A stretch of 64,000 bases of DNA from Octopus sinensis (GCF_006345805.1 NC_043009.1:8866001-8930000); one strand, 5' to 3'; shown: positions 1 through 12,648, numbered from the stretch's first letter. The notes: generated by a model from the sequence alone, not told the origin. Made by a program: numbers and translations.

Positions 1-1196
1 AAAACCTACATTGCATAATGTTTCAAGGTCGGCTGCAGCTGGAAAAAAAAAGATGAGATGATCACAACTGGAGTGTCTTCTTAAACAGAGATAATGTATC
101 TTAAAATATATTTAGCTGTAGGTGGAGGCATGGCTGCGAGGTACAAAGTTTGCTTACCAACCACATAGTTCTGGGTTCAGTCCCACTGTGTGACACCTTG
201 GGAAAGTGTCTTCTACTATAGCCTCAAGCCAACCAAAGCCTTTTGAGCGGATTTGGTAGATGGAAACTGAAAGAAGCCTATTGTGTGTGTGTATAACCAA
301 AGCCTTGAGAGTGGATTTGGTAGACAGAGACTGAAAGAAGCCCATCATGTGTGTGTGTGTGTGTGTGAATGTGTTTGTACCTCACCATCGCTTGCCAACC
401 AGTGTCAGTCTGTTTACGTCCCTGCAGGTTAGCAGTTTGGCAAATGAAACCAACAGAATAAGTATGTGACTTGTGGGAAAAAAAAAAATTAAAAAGTCCT
501 GGAATTAATTTATTCAACTAAAACCCTGAAGGCAGTGCCCCAGCATGGCCATAGTCCAATGACTGAAACAAATAGAAGATTTTAAAAAATGATACACAAA
601 CTAGAATATCTTTTATCATTCAGACCCAGGATTAAACATTAACAAATATAACAGCAGCAGTTTGTTATTGCTTAAACCAAAACTGAACCCACATCCTGTA
701 CCCCACCGTACTTCTATGTTATCAACTCTGCAATGCTGACCAATAAACCACTACTAATATTATTTTCCATGCATGTCTAAACAGTTACAGCAATCTATCC
801 TGTCTTATCCTGTCCTTGGCTGTTTTCCAACTGTAATCATTTCATTGTGGGGAAGCAGCAGCTACTCTTAGCTTCCACTACTGCATCTGTCTCTCTTCTT
901 CCTGGCATTATTTCCACTTGTATATGCTAATGACTGAAGATTGTGACATTTCTTCTATCAAATCTCAGACATGTTCTTCTCAAAGCCTACAAGCGTATCA
1001 CCTTTATTCGTCTTATGCTCATATTTGTCTTATTTTTGTTTTCAAACATCACTTATGTCATCTTTCAGATATTTAGATTTGTGCCAAGCTCAGCTTGAGG
1101 ACACGTTTTTTAAATAAATGGCACAGTCAACTGTGCATGAGAGTGTATTACATACATATTTTCATGTTTATGTGTGTGTGTGTGTGTGTGTGTGTG

Positions 1197-1230
<34 letters not shown>

Positions 1231-1233
<3 letters not shown>

Positions 1234-1451
1234 GAAGAAGGACTTAAAAGTTCCTGGCTTTGGGTAAAATAAAATCCAAGAAGACCAGTTAATTATGATT
1301 TTGTTCAACACATCCCCCTTCTAGGTTCACACACTTATTACACTGGTCCTTCAGTTTTCCTAAGCCCTATGAAAGAACTCTGAAGGTTCAGCCTCCAGCC
1401 AGGCCTTTCGCGAAACCCTTAAAGCCAGCAACTTTTCAGCACCCCTCGTGT
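1231..1451. mobile_element. Mariner-derived MITE
   Basis: Imperfect TIRs TACGAAGAAGGACTTAAAAGTTCCTGGCTTT / AAAGCCAGCAACTTTTCAGCACCCCTCGTGTA, inserted in (TA)n. Confidence 0.65.
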
Positions 1452-1501
1452 ATATAAATATATACATACATCATGTACATGTGAGTGTGTGTGTGTGTGT
1501 G

Positions 1502-1571
<70 letters not shown>

Positions 1572-1575
<4 letters not shown>

Positions 1576-1775
1576 ATCCAAACAAGAAAGCACAAAAAAA
1601 CACAACAACGCGAGGACGTAGAATAAATATAGTGTTATTGGACGCTCAGGAAAGAAGGAAAGAAGCAGGGTTTAACGTTTCGAGCGGAGCTCTTCGTCGG
1701 AAACATAGGAGAAGGAAAGATCCAGAGAAGGGAAGACAGAGGAAAAAAATCGCCAACGGTACACACGAGGTCACA
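1572..1775 (-). mobile_element. Penelope-like pseudo-LTR fragment with a degenerate hammerhead (CCGACGA core) between (TA)n tracts
   Basis: Minus strand reads CCGACGA-A-GAGC(TCC)GCTC-GAAA-CGTT...AGCG-TC-CAATA (1700->1636), followed by a T-rich tail running into (TA)n. Confidence 0.5.
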
Positions 1776-1847
1776 TTTTTATATATATATCAATGCACAC
1801 ACGCAAACACATATATATGCATACATACAGACAGAGAGAAGGAAAAG

Positions 1848-2262
1848 GGTGGTGAGCTGGCAGAATCGTTAGCACACCGGGCGAAATGTTTAGCAGTATT
1901 TCGCCTGCCATTACGTTCTGAGTTCAAATTCCGCCGAGGTCGACTTTGCCTTTCATCCTTTCTGGGTTGATAAATTAAGTACCAGTTACGCACTGGGTCG
2001 TTATAATTGACTTAATCCGTGTGTCTGTCCTTGTTTGTCCTCTCTGTGTTTAGCCCCTTGTGGGTAGTAAAGAAATAGGTATTTCATCTGCTGTTACATT
2101 CTGAGTTCAAATTCCGCCGAGGTCGACTTTGCCTTACATCCTTTCGGGGTCGATAAATTAAGTACCAGTTACGCACTGGTGTTGATATAATCAACTTAAT
2201 CCGTGTGTCTGTCCTTGTTTGTCCCCTCTATGTTTAGCTCCTTGTGGGTAGTAAGGAAATAA
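1848..2262 (+). mobile_element. tRNA-derived SINE family A, tandem body (other copies 4598-4831-, 18823-19010+, 19067-19270+, 28857-29050+, 35348-35746-, 37440-37678-, 58237-58468-)
   Basis: Head GGCGGCGAGCTGGCAGAA with A box and GAGTTCAAATT B box; conserved central GCCTTTCATCCTTTCGGGGTCGATAAA..AGTACCAG domain. Confidence 0.85.
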
Positions 2263-2339
2263 GAGAGAAGGAAAAAGATGAAAAAAGCCAGAGAGATATA
2301 ATTAGAGAGTTAGCTAAATATTTATACACACACTCACAT

Positions 2340-4260
2340 ATATCATCATCATCATCATTGTCATCATTTAATGTCCATCTTCCATGTTGGCATAGTTTGG
2401 ACTGTTCATCAGGATGTGAGGAGGTCAGAAGACAGTACTATGCTCCAATGGTTCTTTGGTATGGTTTCCAAGGCTGGATGCCTTTCCTAGAGCCAACCAC
2501 TTTACAGAGTACTGGGTGCTTTTTAATGGCACCAGCACTGGTGAAGAGCGTCTTCTAACTTGCAAAGCTAAGAGCCAAATGTGGTCCTTATAATTGAAGG
2601 AGAATAGAAGAGAGAGATTGTGATGATTCTATGCAGGGTGATGAGGGTGGGTAAGTAAGATAAGAGGGAGAGAATTACAGTTGTGAGAGGTTTGTTGTGG
2701 AGGGAGTAACAGAATAGTGGAGTGGGCCCTTACTGGAGGAGGGTGTATGGCAGGGAAAAGGGGAAAGGAAAGGGATTTATGTCAAAGGTTATTAGGAAAA
2801 GCAGGAGGCAGTGTGGAAAGGTGGTAGTGTGGGCTGTGTAAGAAGTATCCTTTGATACAAGGGCATGCATGGACAGTAGATGTGAGGGAAAGGAGTCAGG
2901 AAGAGGACAACAGATTTAAGGGTAGAGAAATTCTGTAGTAGTCATTGCCGGAATGAGGGGTGTAAGGGTAGGCCAGAGAGGTGGGGGGATAAGAAAATGT
3001 GTTGAGGGGGACAGGTCTGTGAGAGCAAATGAGGAAGGGTAGAAAACAGTAGGTGAGTGCAGTGAGATCAATGAGGAAAAGTGGGGCTGAAAGGTACCTA
3101 GAGTTTAGGAAAAAGGGCAGAGGAGAGCAGGACTACTGCAAAGGCATTTCAAATGGAGAGGCTGTGGAGAGAGGATGGTGAAAGAGTGAGAAGGGAGAAA
3201 ACTAGGTGGGTCCAATGAGGGAATGTATTGAGAGGTAGAAAGGCTAAAGGGCACCCTGGTAGTATCAGGGTGGACATAGAGAAAAGTGGTGTTAGGTGGT
3301 ACTAGAGGTAACTCAGGAGAGAGTGTGCACTGCTAGGGAGTACAGCAAAAGGAGTATAATGAATGAGATAAGAAATGGGGAGGTTGTGATTGATGAAGAG
3401 ATGAAAACTATAGAGAGATGAGTTGTGAGGATACAAAGTGGGGAAGAAGTAAGATGACAGGGGGTTAGTCAGGTAGGTTTGGCAGGGAGCAAATATACAT
3501 ATATATATATATAATTAAAATCAAAATAAGGGTGAAAAAATTGGATATTAATTTAATAACATCAATTTAACACCAGTGGTTTAGCGCATAAAAAACTGAG
3601 ATTCAGTAAATATTATTAATACACAAATATGAGAGAGAATCCACTATGTGGATGCTCTTTCGCTAAAGATAGATCCGCAAGGGTCTGAACCACTAAGAAT
3701 TGTTCTCGAGAAGAATTTAGCACACTATGAACGTAAGCGAGCAGGACAAATGAAAAATAATGGGGTTAATCTATATTTTTGTTATTTTTCATTTGTCCTG
3801 CTCGCTTATGTTCATAGTGTGCTAAATTCTTCTCGAGAACAATTCTTCGTGGTTCAGACACTTGCGGATCTATCTTTAGCGTTAGAGTGTCCACATAGTG
3901 GATTCTCTCTCATATATATATAGTTTCTTAACACTACCCTTGTGTTTAGGTATATTTTGGCATGTGTGGATGGGTCTTTTGTAGCCCTGCATAGCACCAA
4001 TCAGTTAGTCCTTTGCCATTTTGTCTGAGAAATACAGCATCTTCAGGTTAGCCTTTCACACTTTGTCCTAAGTCTTCCTTGATCTCCATCCTCCAAAAGT
4101 TTCACTAACTGAACTCCTCAGCACTTTTTGCATGCAGCAGTCAAACTCCATGCACATCTCATACAGGGACCAGAACAACCTTCTCTCTTGTACACAACAC
4201 CTGCTTCCCCTTATATCCAGTTTTTTTTTTCTCTTAGCTCATTACTCTGGCATTCACACA
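2340..4260 (-). mobile_element. Old decayed RTE LINE 3' portion, interrupted by the 3480-3925 fold-back element
   Basis: Reverse complement of 3960-4205 gives a degenerate CCVQERRL.W...RSRKT*DKV..LKML (RTE C-terminus). CT-rich UTR at 2600-3480 and RTE tail with (TGA)n at 2340-2560. Confidence 0.6.
3627..3915. repeat. Fold-back palindrome, 134-bp arms, 21-nt loop
   Basis: Arms 3627-3760 and 3782-3915 with about 7 mismatches counted by eye. A related single-arm sequence lies at about 15625-15700. Confidence 0.93.
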
Positions 4261-5128
4261 CACTGACATTACATTTCTTTTTAGTCTTTACAAATTTTCT
4301 TCTTTGAAAGCTGTCTCACTACTATGCAACATCACAGTTCTAACAACCCAAATGCCATACAAACTGCCCTTCACTCTAAAAGAAGAGGCTTTTGTTGCCA
4401 TGGTTGTGATATCATCATTGAACTTCTGTTTTCCATGCTGGCATAGGCTGGCTGGTTTGACAGGAGCTGGCAACGTCAAGAATCACATCAGGTGCCATTG
4501 TCTGTTTTGACATGGTTTTTATAACTCGATGCCTTTCCTAATGCCAACCACTTTACAGAGTGTACTAGGTGCACCAGCACCAACAGGATCACCAAGTACC
4601 TATTTCTTTACTACCCACAAGGGGCTAAACACAGAGAGAACAAGCAAAGACAGACAAACGGATTAAGTCGATTATATCGACCCCAGAGCGTAACTGGTAC
4701 TTATTTAATCGACCCCGAAAGGATGAAAGGCAAAGTCAACCTCGTCGGAATTTGAACTCAGAACGTAGCAGCGGACGAAATACCGCAAAGCATTTCGCCC
4801 GGCGTGCTAACGATTCTGCCAGCTCGCCGCCTTAATTAGAATTATTACCATGAACTTTGAACTCTAAAGATTCAGTACTCAGTAACTTAACACTCTAATG
4901 GCTCTGTCAAATTAACACCTTGAAATATAGTACTGATATTTATTTTACTATATCTAGCAGGTTGAAAAATCAAAGCTTTGACACAGTCACTTTGCTTGAG
5001 CTAGGGCCCAGGATTATAATGGAAACTTTCATAAGTGGTGCAGTAACCTCTCTGCAAGGGAGTCAAAATGTTTGTGTTTATGGTTGATATTTTGTTCCAA
5101 GTGGCCATGCATTCTCAACTCCTGGGGC

Positions 5129-5420
5129 AGTGGTTCCCAACTGGGGTCCATATAAGACTTTTGGCGTTCCACAGTAATATTTTATGGATCCATGAAAAAT
5201 TTTGTTCTTGATGTATTTATTGCAAGAAGAGCTGTTTCTTTTGTTAATGTTTTACATAGTCCAAACTATACGTGTGAATGTGTGATAAACAAAATAAGAA
5301 TTTTAAAGAAATCATCTATAAAACAAGTTTTTGAGCATTGAATAGCTAGTAGGGAAGGCGATTCCACCATAATAAAATAGTAATGAAAGGGGTCCATAGG
5401 GGGAAATGGTTGAGAACCAT
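5129..5420. mobile_element. hAT-type MITE (related copies at ~34921-35168, 51172-51310, 51904, 60496)
   Basis: CAGTGGTTCCCAAC ... GGTTGAGAACCA terminal repeats typical of hAT elements. Confidence 0.6.
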
Positions 5421-8040
5421 TTTACTAAGGAACTAAGGAACGTAATTAATTTACTGTTTGTAAATCAACTTAGATTTTGTGTAGAGGTTGTTTTAAGTTT
5501 TTAAAAAATCTAATTAAAAATAAAGCACGTGATCAGGAACTAGATTATTGCACTTCTAAATCTCCTGAGATTCTTCTAAACTTGTATGTATGCATATTCT
5601 GAAACGATGCAGGCGTTTGATTTACAATCTACTATTTACAAAATGTGAAGATGACCCTAACACTTTATATTATCACTCGATCTACTAAGAACAACAGCCA
5701 AAATCTCTCTCAAATTACACTCGAGTTTGTTTTTTTAGAAAAAATACGTTTGATAACGTGGTTCTGGGTTTTCTGCACTTCGTAAAAAGACGGGATGGTA
5801 AAAGCTGATCAGCCTTTGATCATGTTCTGCTCGATCAGGTTGATCTTGGAGAAACAAAATAGTAAAAACATATGTGTGTATAAGTCGTACATAGTAATGA
5901 GAGCATGACTAGACAATAGATATTCAATAATCTAAATCGATCTTTACTGCTGTTTATATGGCTCTTCCATCGGAGCTGACCTAGGGTTCAATACAATACT
6001 AGTGAACTCGCAGCAAGGACAATGACCTGTATTTCGTTGTGACAGCGAAGTGGAGTGTATGTAAATCATGGTGAGAGATTCTACGAAAACGCCTATGACA
6101 ATAAACTGCCAGCTCTGTCGTGGATTTCCGTTCACTTAACCCGTCAGTGTTCTGGATATAAAAGTCGGTGTGGTGTACTATAGTAAAAGGAATTAGTACA
6201 AACGAGTAGTTGTAACGTGGGCGCTACTTTGCTCTTTGCTTTTCCAGTAAAAGATGTCCCTGAGTATTATTTACCCGGAGTTTTATGGATATCACAGAGT
6301 TATTCCAGTGTGGCAATTATTTTTAGCTCTAAACCAGCCCGGATTCACAAAACCTGCAACAACTAAATGTAACAAACACACTGATCCAGGGCACCAGGTG
6401 TCTAATACTCTCGCTTTACTGGGGACAACAACAAGCTTTCTGAAGTGCAGTGGTTTTGTTGCATCGTGTGCAGTGAGCTCCATTTGGGCAAGCTGTGTTT
6501 TCTCTTGTCAGTATAACTGTTGCTGCTGTTTAGCCCCAGGTCAACCTTAATTTAACAGACCAGTGATCAAAGTTTTAATCGTCTATGTAGAGTTATTTTA
6601 TCCAATGTGTTTTGTTTTTCTTACTTAAGAGAGAAGGGTGTGCTTTCATGGGGGATTTGGCTGCCTTTTCTAGAAGGTCGAGCGAACCACATTATACTTC
6701 TTCATAGGTTCCGCGGGGTGACCACAATCGAAGTAGACTGGACTAGCTCGGTTGGAGCACAACAGTTGCTGGTCCACTGCACTTATTAATGGTGAGACAA
6801 ATGAGGTCACTGATGCGCTACTGTTGTTGTTGTTGTGTGTGTCTCTGAAGAAGTATAATGTGGTTCGCTCGACCTTCTAGAAAAGGCAGCCAAATCCCCC
6901 ATGAACTGAGGGTGTTGGTTGTATTCTTAAGATAGTGTTGAATTAGTGTTCTGGAGCATTTAATTTGAGACAGTCAAACATATAATAACAAAGACTGTGT
7001 AGCGTGAAGCTTGTTGCAGAAACAAACGGTACCAATTGTCTTTATTTTTTTACATTGTAATTTATCTGCGTAGAACACGTGAAGATGCGGAATAAGCTCT
7101 TTCTGTTCTCTGTAGTATGTTGTGATTTTAGTAAGAAATTGAAGGCCCAGGAAGGACTGGATCCATTTTATTTTGCGACGTTGCCTAAATGCGGTGCCCG
7201 AATGCAATGATTTTGTGCTTTTGTACGTTTTGCTTTCTTTACCATCTTTTGTGTGCCGTGAAATGTAATTCCTCATATTTTGTTTTTCTAAGTGTGATAG
7301 ATTTACAGCAGTCCACTTGTTTAGTGCGTTCAGTAAGGCTATTTATGAAAACCACAACAAGGCGCCTGTGGCGAGATATGAACCTGTCTCCACTTAGGTC
7401 TGTAGATCAACACTTTTAATACTGAAAGAAAAAAAAAAAGAGAAAACCAAAACCATTTATGCAGACGCATGTGGACTTGTTTGTATTTGATAATCAAGAC
7501 AGAAAGAGAAGAGATAATTGCTTTTCACTTCCACGGCAACTGGTCTGACCTGCATAGTGCATACAGTGGAGTAGTAGCGAGAACACTAGCAACAGTTGTA
7601 GTAATGGTAGAGTAGGAGTGAGAACAGCAGCGACTGCTGTAGTAATTGTAATGGTAATGGTACTTTGGTAGTGAGAGGAACTGAAAGGAAGGAGAGGGAG
7701 GAGAAACGAGAATGAAAGACTAAACAAGAAATACTTCCAACTGACACCTGTCGGTTCGTTTGTAAACAACATTTTATAGTACTCATGACTTCAGCTAAAC
7801 AAATTCTAAATATAGATCGATCTTCTTGTATATATGTATGTAGTTCCTCCATGTATAGTGACAAAATTATTGGCTCAGCCTTGACAAAGCAGGTTAACAT
7901 TAATCAGGCACTCGTTTGAAATCGCTCCAAATTTAATTGCATTCCCAGTTGGGATTTGGCAGAGTTGGTGTTGGGTCCAGGGATTGTTTTCTTGTCCCTT
8001 TCCAGTAGAAAATAGCGGTACAAGTGACTTTGTGTTGTTA

Positions 8041-8071
8041 TTTATATAAGGCCACGCTTTGCCATTTATGG
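8041..8071 (-). promoter_or_regulatory. Candidate TATA box plus CArG box
   Basis: Minus-strand TATATAAA (8048-8041) and a perfect CC(A/T)6GG CCATTTATGG (8062-8071) within a repeat-free, CpG-retaining stretch. Confidence 0.3.
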
Positions 8072-9550
8072 CGAGCTTTTCCAACTCTTGACAATGTTTT
8101 TAACGTTGGGCATCAATCAACATTTTACTGTAAACCTTCGTGTCGACATTTCAAAGCTTATATCTTCTAATGCTTACAACCAAATATTTCGAACCTGTCT
8201 TGTCAAAAGTAAAACAACGTAATAAGGAATTAATTAATAAGGAAGTTGGATGCATTTATCAGAATTAATGTGGTGACCTTGTTTATTCCGACGATCGATT
8301 TCAGCAATTAAGCGTGGTGTAAGATAGGTGTTACCTATTTTGATATTATATTTCTCTGTAAAATTTGTTGTTTTTGTTAATGGATTAGGAAAATTTTAAA
8401 GTTTTTAGGAAAGTTATACTTGTTGATTAAATTACTAAATTACTTCTGGTATTTTTCATATTGAAGTTATTTGTATTAATTAAATTACTTTTCAACAAAA
8501 TTAATTTTTTTTATAAATTGTATTTGATTTTAATGTTTTAAAACCAATTTGCAGAATAATTCAATATTTTGACCACAAAAGCGGAAAAGGCTTTTTATTT
8601 CAAAACGAGCCCTTATTAAAATGTCTAGTGTTCCTTTTTGTTATATAATTAATAAATGTGAAGCTAATTCATTAATTTATGAAATTATCTTTTCTTTAAA
8701 AGTCATTAACCGTTATCTCTAAGATGCTTGGACAAGGGTTTATGTTTCTAGCAGCTGATTATTCCTGATTGAACAGATCTATCATTAAAGATATTCCACA
8801 TGCGGTGATTCTGTCATTTTTTTAGGAGTATATAGAACTGCATTATCAAATGTGCCATTTCCTCCTTTAAGACGGTCAATTTGGTTGCTAATTCTAGTAG
8901 CGTGAAGGACCACATAAGATACTCCCTCGTTGGCTCTTTGTACCAGAGAAAACGTGAAGTCAGAGGTTCATATCCTGTTACTGGCATGATGTGTCTGTGG
9001 TCAAGAACTTAACATAAGAGCTTCAGTCCATTCAATTCTACGTATATACCGTTGGGCAACAGCAAGCACTGTCTGCCATGTAGAAGATCTCTCCATCTTC
9101 GGCTTTAGTATTCCCCACCAATCTATTGATTTCTTCAATTAATGAGTGTATCTCCATTCTAAGATGGAACACAGCTTGTTTATGGTTTTACAGTTCTTCC
9201 TTTGATTGGCTATTCAGATGTAAATGTTTTGGTATCCGTTATATTTGCGCATTCACAAACCTCTGCTTTGCTCTCAATATATTTATTCCATTTTATTTTA
9301 TAGAAATTACATTTTATTAAAATAGCGATGTATTTCACTGAGGATTGAATATAGAACATATACATTTTAAAAATAAATGTGGTTGCGGTCACGAAGGACA
9401 TTTGAAAGGCAATCAAAATATTTGTAATTTTTGTAATATGAATCAAGGTTATGGATAATAATATAAAGAACCTATATATAAATAAATAAATAAGCCGAAC
9501 ACACACACATTTATTTATGTATCTATTGAAATTGTTTTATCAGAGGAGGT

Positions 9551-9855
9551 GTATAACTACAGTTTGGTACCCCCCGACTTCAGAATTTTTCAGATTAATA
9601 TGTTTGAAATATGATTTCTTGATCTACGCTCTCGAAAATATATTATCCCAGAATGTCTTTAAAATGTCCATTTGAAAGAGTTATGAAGGAACTAAGTTTG
9701 AGGTGTGGGGAAGATTAAAAAAAAAAAATTCTATCCACATAATTGTAATCTAAGCTATCGAAAATTTACCTCTGCAAAATTCCATTTAAATATATGCATT
9801 TCTTAGAAAGCATATTTCTGAACCTAAGTTAAGGGGCATTAAACTGTAGTTATAC
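9551..9855. mobile_element. MITE with 15-bp TIR GTATAACTACAGTTT
   Basis: Perfect inverted repeat at 9551-9565 and 9841-9855. Confidence 0.65.
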
Positions 9856-10229
9856 CAGATGTGGAAAGTTAGCTGCCATGTCTTTTTACAGTGAAGATGT
9901 TACCCTCAGAGCAGATACCTGCGGTAAATGATTACAACAGAGGGGATTCTGATAAAAACATCCAAGAGCAAATGATGATTGTGGGTGGGTCAACAGATTA
10001 AGCTGACCACAAAAGAACAGAAATGGTCTCTGTAACAGGTTTCCATGCAGTTCTGTTCACAAGGCTTTGGTCAATACAAGACCGTTGTAGGAGATACTTG
10101 CCTGAGGTGCCTAGCATTGGTATCAAATTCGAAAAAAAAAAAAAACTGCTTAACCACACAATCAATCCTGGAATTGCCAGAGAAATTGTGGATAAGCTAA
10201 GGTATCTGATGCTAAAGTTTCAATTAAGG

Positions 10230-11225
10230 ATATTTTCTTTTACATATCTAACCCCATCTCTAACCATCTGTCATTCTCCACTCACAGTCTTAACCCTACC
10301 CCTATCCACTGTTTATATTCTTTCTCCCTTAAACTCCCTCTTTTCTACCTTGAGAGTATTCTCTGGCACCCAGTCATCACCATCTTTATCTTCCTTCTAG
10401 TTACTCTCATCCACCTTCATATAATGTGAGGTTGTCTGGATCTTTTCGGTTTGAACGGCAGTTTTTAACATAATTTCTAGGTAACTAAAAAATTTTAAAC
10501 TTCGTATACTGGTAGAATGTATTTATAAAAGATCTTTTCTCTTGGCTTTATTGAGAAAATTCTATAGTTTGTAAGATATTTGTTGTTTTTTTTCTTCATT
10601 TTCTGCAATTTCAACCAATCATTGACGTCTATTGAGGGGAAAACATTCTGTGCCGTATGAATATGTCCCTTGTTTAAGAAACAGATTGGGTTTATTTACA
10701 TTTGTGAAGAAAAAAAGATACCCTTCCCCCCACCCGTAACCCTAACCCTAAAACAGATTGAAATGCAATAGATCGATACTAGGGTCATAATTATGGGTGA
10801 CAATTTCATATGACTCTGCTAGAAAAAACTGCCGTTCAAACCGAAAAGATCCGGTAGTCTTATAATTTCTCTATAGCAAGATGCCTTTGTTTGTGCCTGT
10901 ATCATACTTTAGCCTTCAACACCTGGCATAAACCCACTTCCCCCTCTCTCAAATACACTCCTACTCAGTCGAGAGGGCTTTTTACCTTTTCCTTTCATTC
11001 TTTTCTTTATCTTACAAGTTACCTGGCAACATTGCTAGTGCCATCGTCATGCAAACCACATCCCAGTAAGAACTATAAAGTAGTTGGTGTTTGGAAGGGT
11101 ACCTGGTCATAGAAACCATGCCAAAGCTGACACTGGAGCTTGACCGAGCCCAGCAGTTCATTGGATCCTGTCAAATTGTCCAACTCATGACAGCATGGAA
11201 AATGAACATTGGATAACGATGTTGA
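10230..11225 (+). mobile_element. Old RTE-type long 3'UTR and tail, interrupted by a MITE
   Basis: CT-rich UTR like 2600-3480, then a degenerate GGAAGGG..CCAG..TAGAAAC..TCCAAC.CATG.CAGCATGGAAAA tail. Confidence 0.5.
10436..10854. mobile_element. MITE with ~30-bp TIR C(C/T)GGATCTTTTCGGTTTGAACGGCAGTTTTT
   Basis: TIRs at 10436-10467 and 10823-10854, with TA after the right end. A partial second copy in opposite orientation lies at 61917-62135. Confidence 0.85.
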
Positions 11226-12648
11226 TGCTGGTGATCCGTCAGTTTTTAACAATAAAAATGTCGCTGTTAAAACAGCTCGTTTAAGTACTTTGTTCGCATC
11301 TTGCAGTGTTGTTCATTACTGTTTTTTTTTTAAACTTTGGTTACTGGCAATTATCCAAAATATTCATCAGTTCTTATTAACAACACACTATTAATCTATT
11401 ATTGATATATTTTTACAGATTAACAAGGTTAATGTCAACTATAGAGAAAAAGGAAATATAAGCTGGATGGAAAATACCAGGACGCTTCATAGTGTGCAGT
11501 TGGCATTTTTAAAAAATAAAAAAAACTTACTGCAGTGTCTAAGTTAACATCACCATCTGATCGTTAGATGCTTTACTGCAAATGTTCAGACCAAATACCC
11601 TGTTACTTCTCTGGCAATCCTATTGCTGCAGAAATATCCTGCAGGTGTTCTAACTGAGCACCGGTTGCATCGTTCTCACCAGTCTGGGACCACCTGCAAG
11701 GATCACTGTCCGTCCTCACACGGTAGATAGAATCTTCAATACACGTCAAAACCTTACTAACACTCAAGCTCTTCTCCAGTTTACATGTTTATAATGTTTC
11801 ACTATATTTTATATTTTATGCCATATATATATAAATATATACATATATTATTTTTATATGAATAATATCATCATCATCATCGTTTAACGTCCGTTTTCCG
11901 CGCTAGCACGGGTTGGACGGTTCGACCGGGGTCTGGGAAGCCAGGGGCTGCTCCAGGTTCCAGTCTGATCTGGCAAGTTTCTATGGCTGGATGCCCTTCC
12001 TAACGCCAACCACTCTGCGAGTGTAGTGGGTGCTTTTTACGTTATATATATATATGCTTGCAACCGTCCAACCCATGCTAGCATAGAAAATGGACGTTAA
12101 ACGATGATGATATATATATAATACAAATAAGAAAATGGAGAAACAATTTAGTTGGTTCATCAGCTTTCGGATATTAGAATGTTGACTTATTTATTCATTT
12201 AAAAAAAATGAGAACCTTAATAGCATACTTATAGACATTATAATTCAATACATATAAGATGAACCAACTAAATTGTTTCTCCATTTCCTTATTTTTATTA
12301 TAAATTAATGGTGAAATATTTCTTTACTTTCACCCATTTAATACAATAAGTAAGTTAATTGCATTGCAATTAAAAACACTTGTGTATTAATAATTTGGGT
12401 ATTATACCAACAGTATATTGGATAAGTATTATCCCTTAGTGGGTTGGATCCACAACCCCTAACTTACTTGGTATATATATATATATATATATAAATATCG
12501 TGTACATTAGAACACATTAAGAGGCTTCCAAATAGGAAAGCCTTGTGCTAGAAAGAGCAGTAGAAAACTCAAACCACTAATTATGGATAAATTCTCAAAA
12601 GGATTGAAAATTAAAAACGTTTACCATCTATTTGAAATCTGAAGGCTC

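Noticed and set aside
6254-6550. 98-aa ORF on +
   Set aside because: No recognisable motif, and its 3' part runs into a repeat fragment.
5900-8300. Conserved miRNA cluster such as miR-1/miR-133 under the CArG box
   Set aside because: I found no match by eye to mature sequences I remember and no convincing pre-miRNA hairpin; a miRBase/MirGeneDB search would settle it.
10735-10750. Telomere-like TAACCCTAACCCTA
   Set aside because: Only two units, and internal to a MITE.
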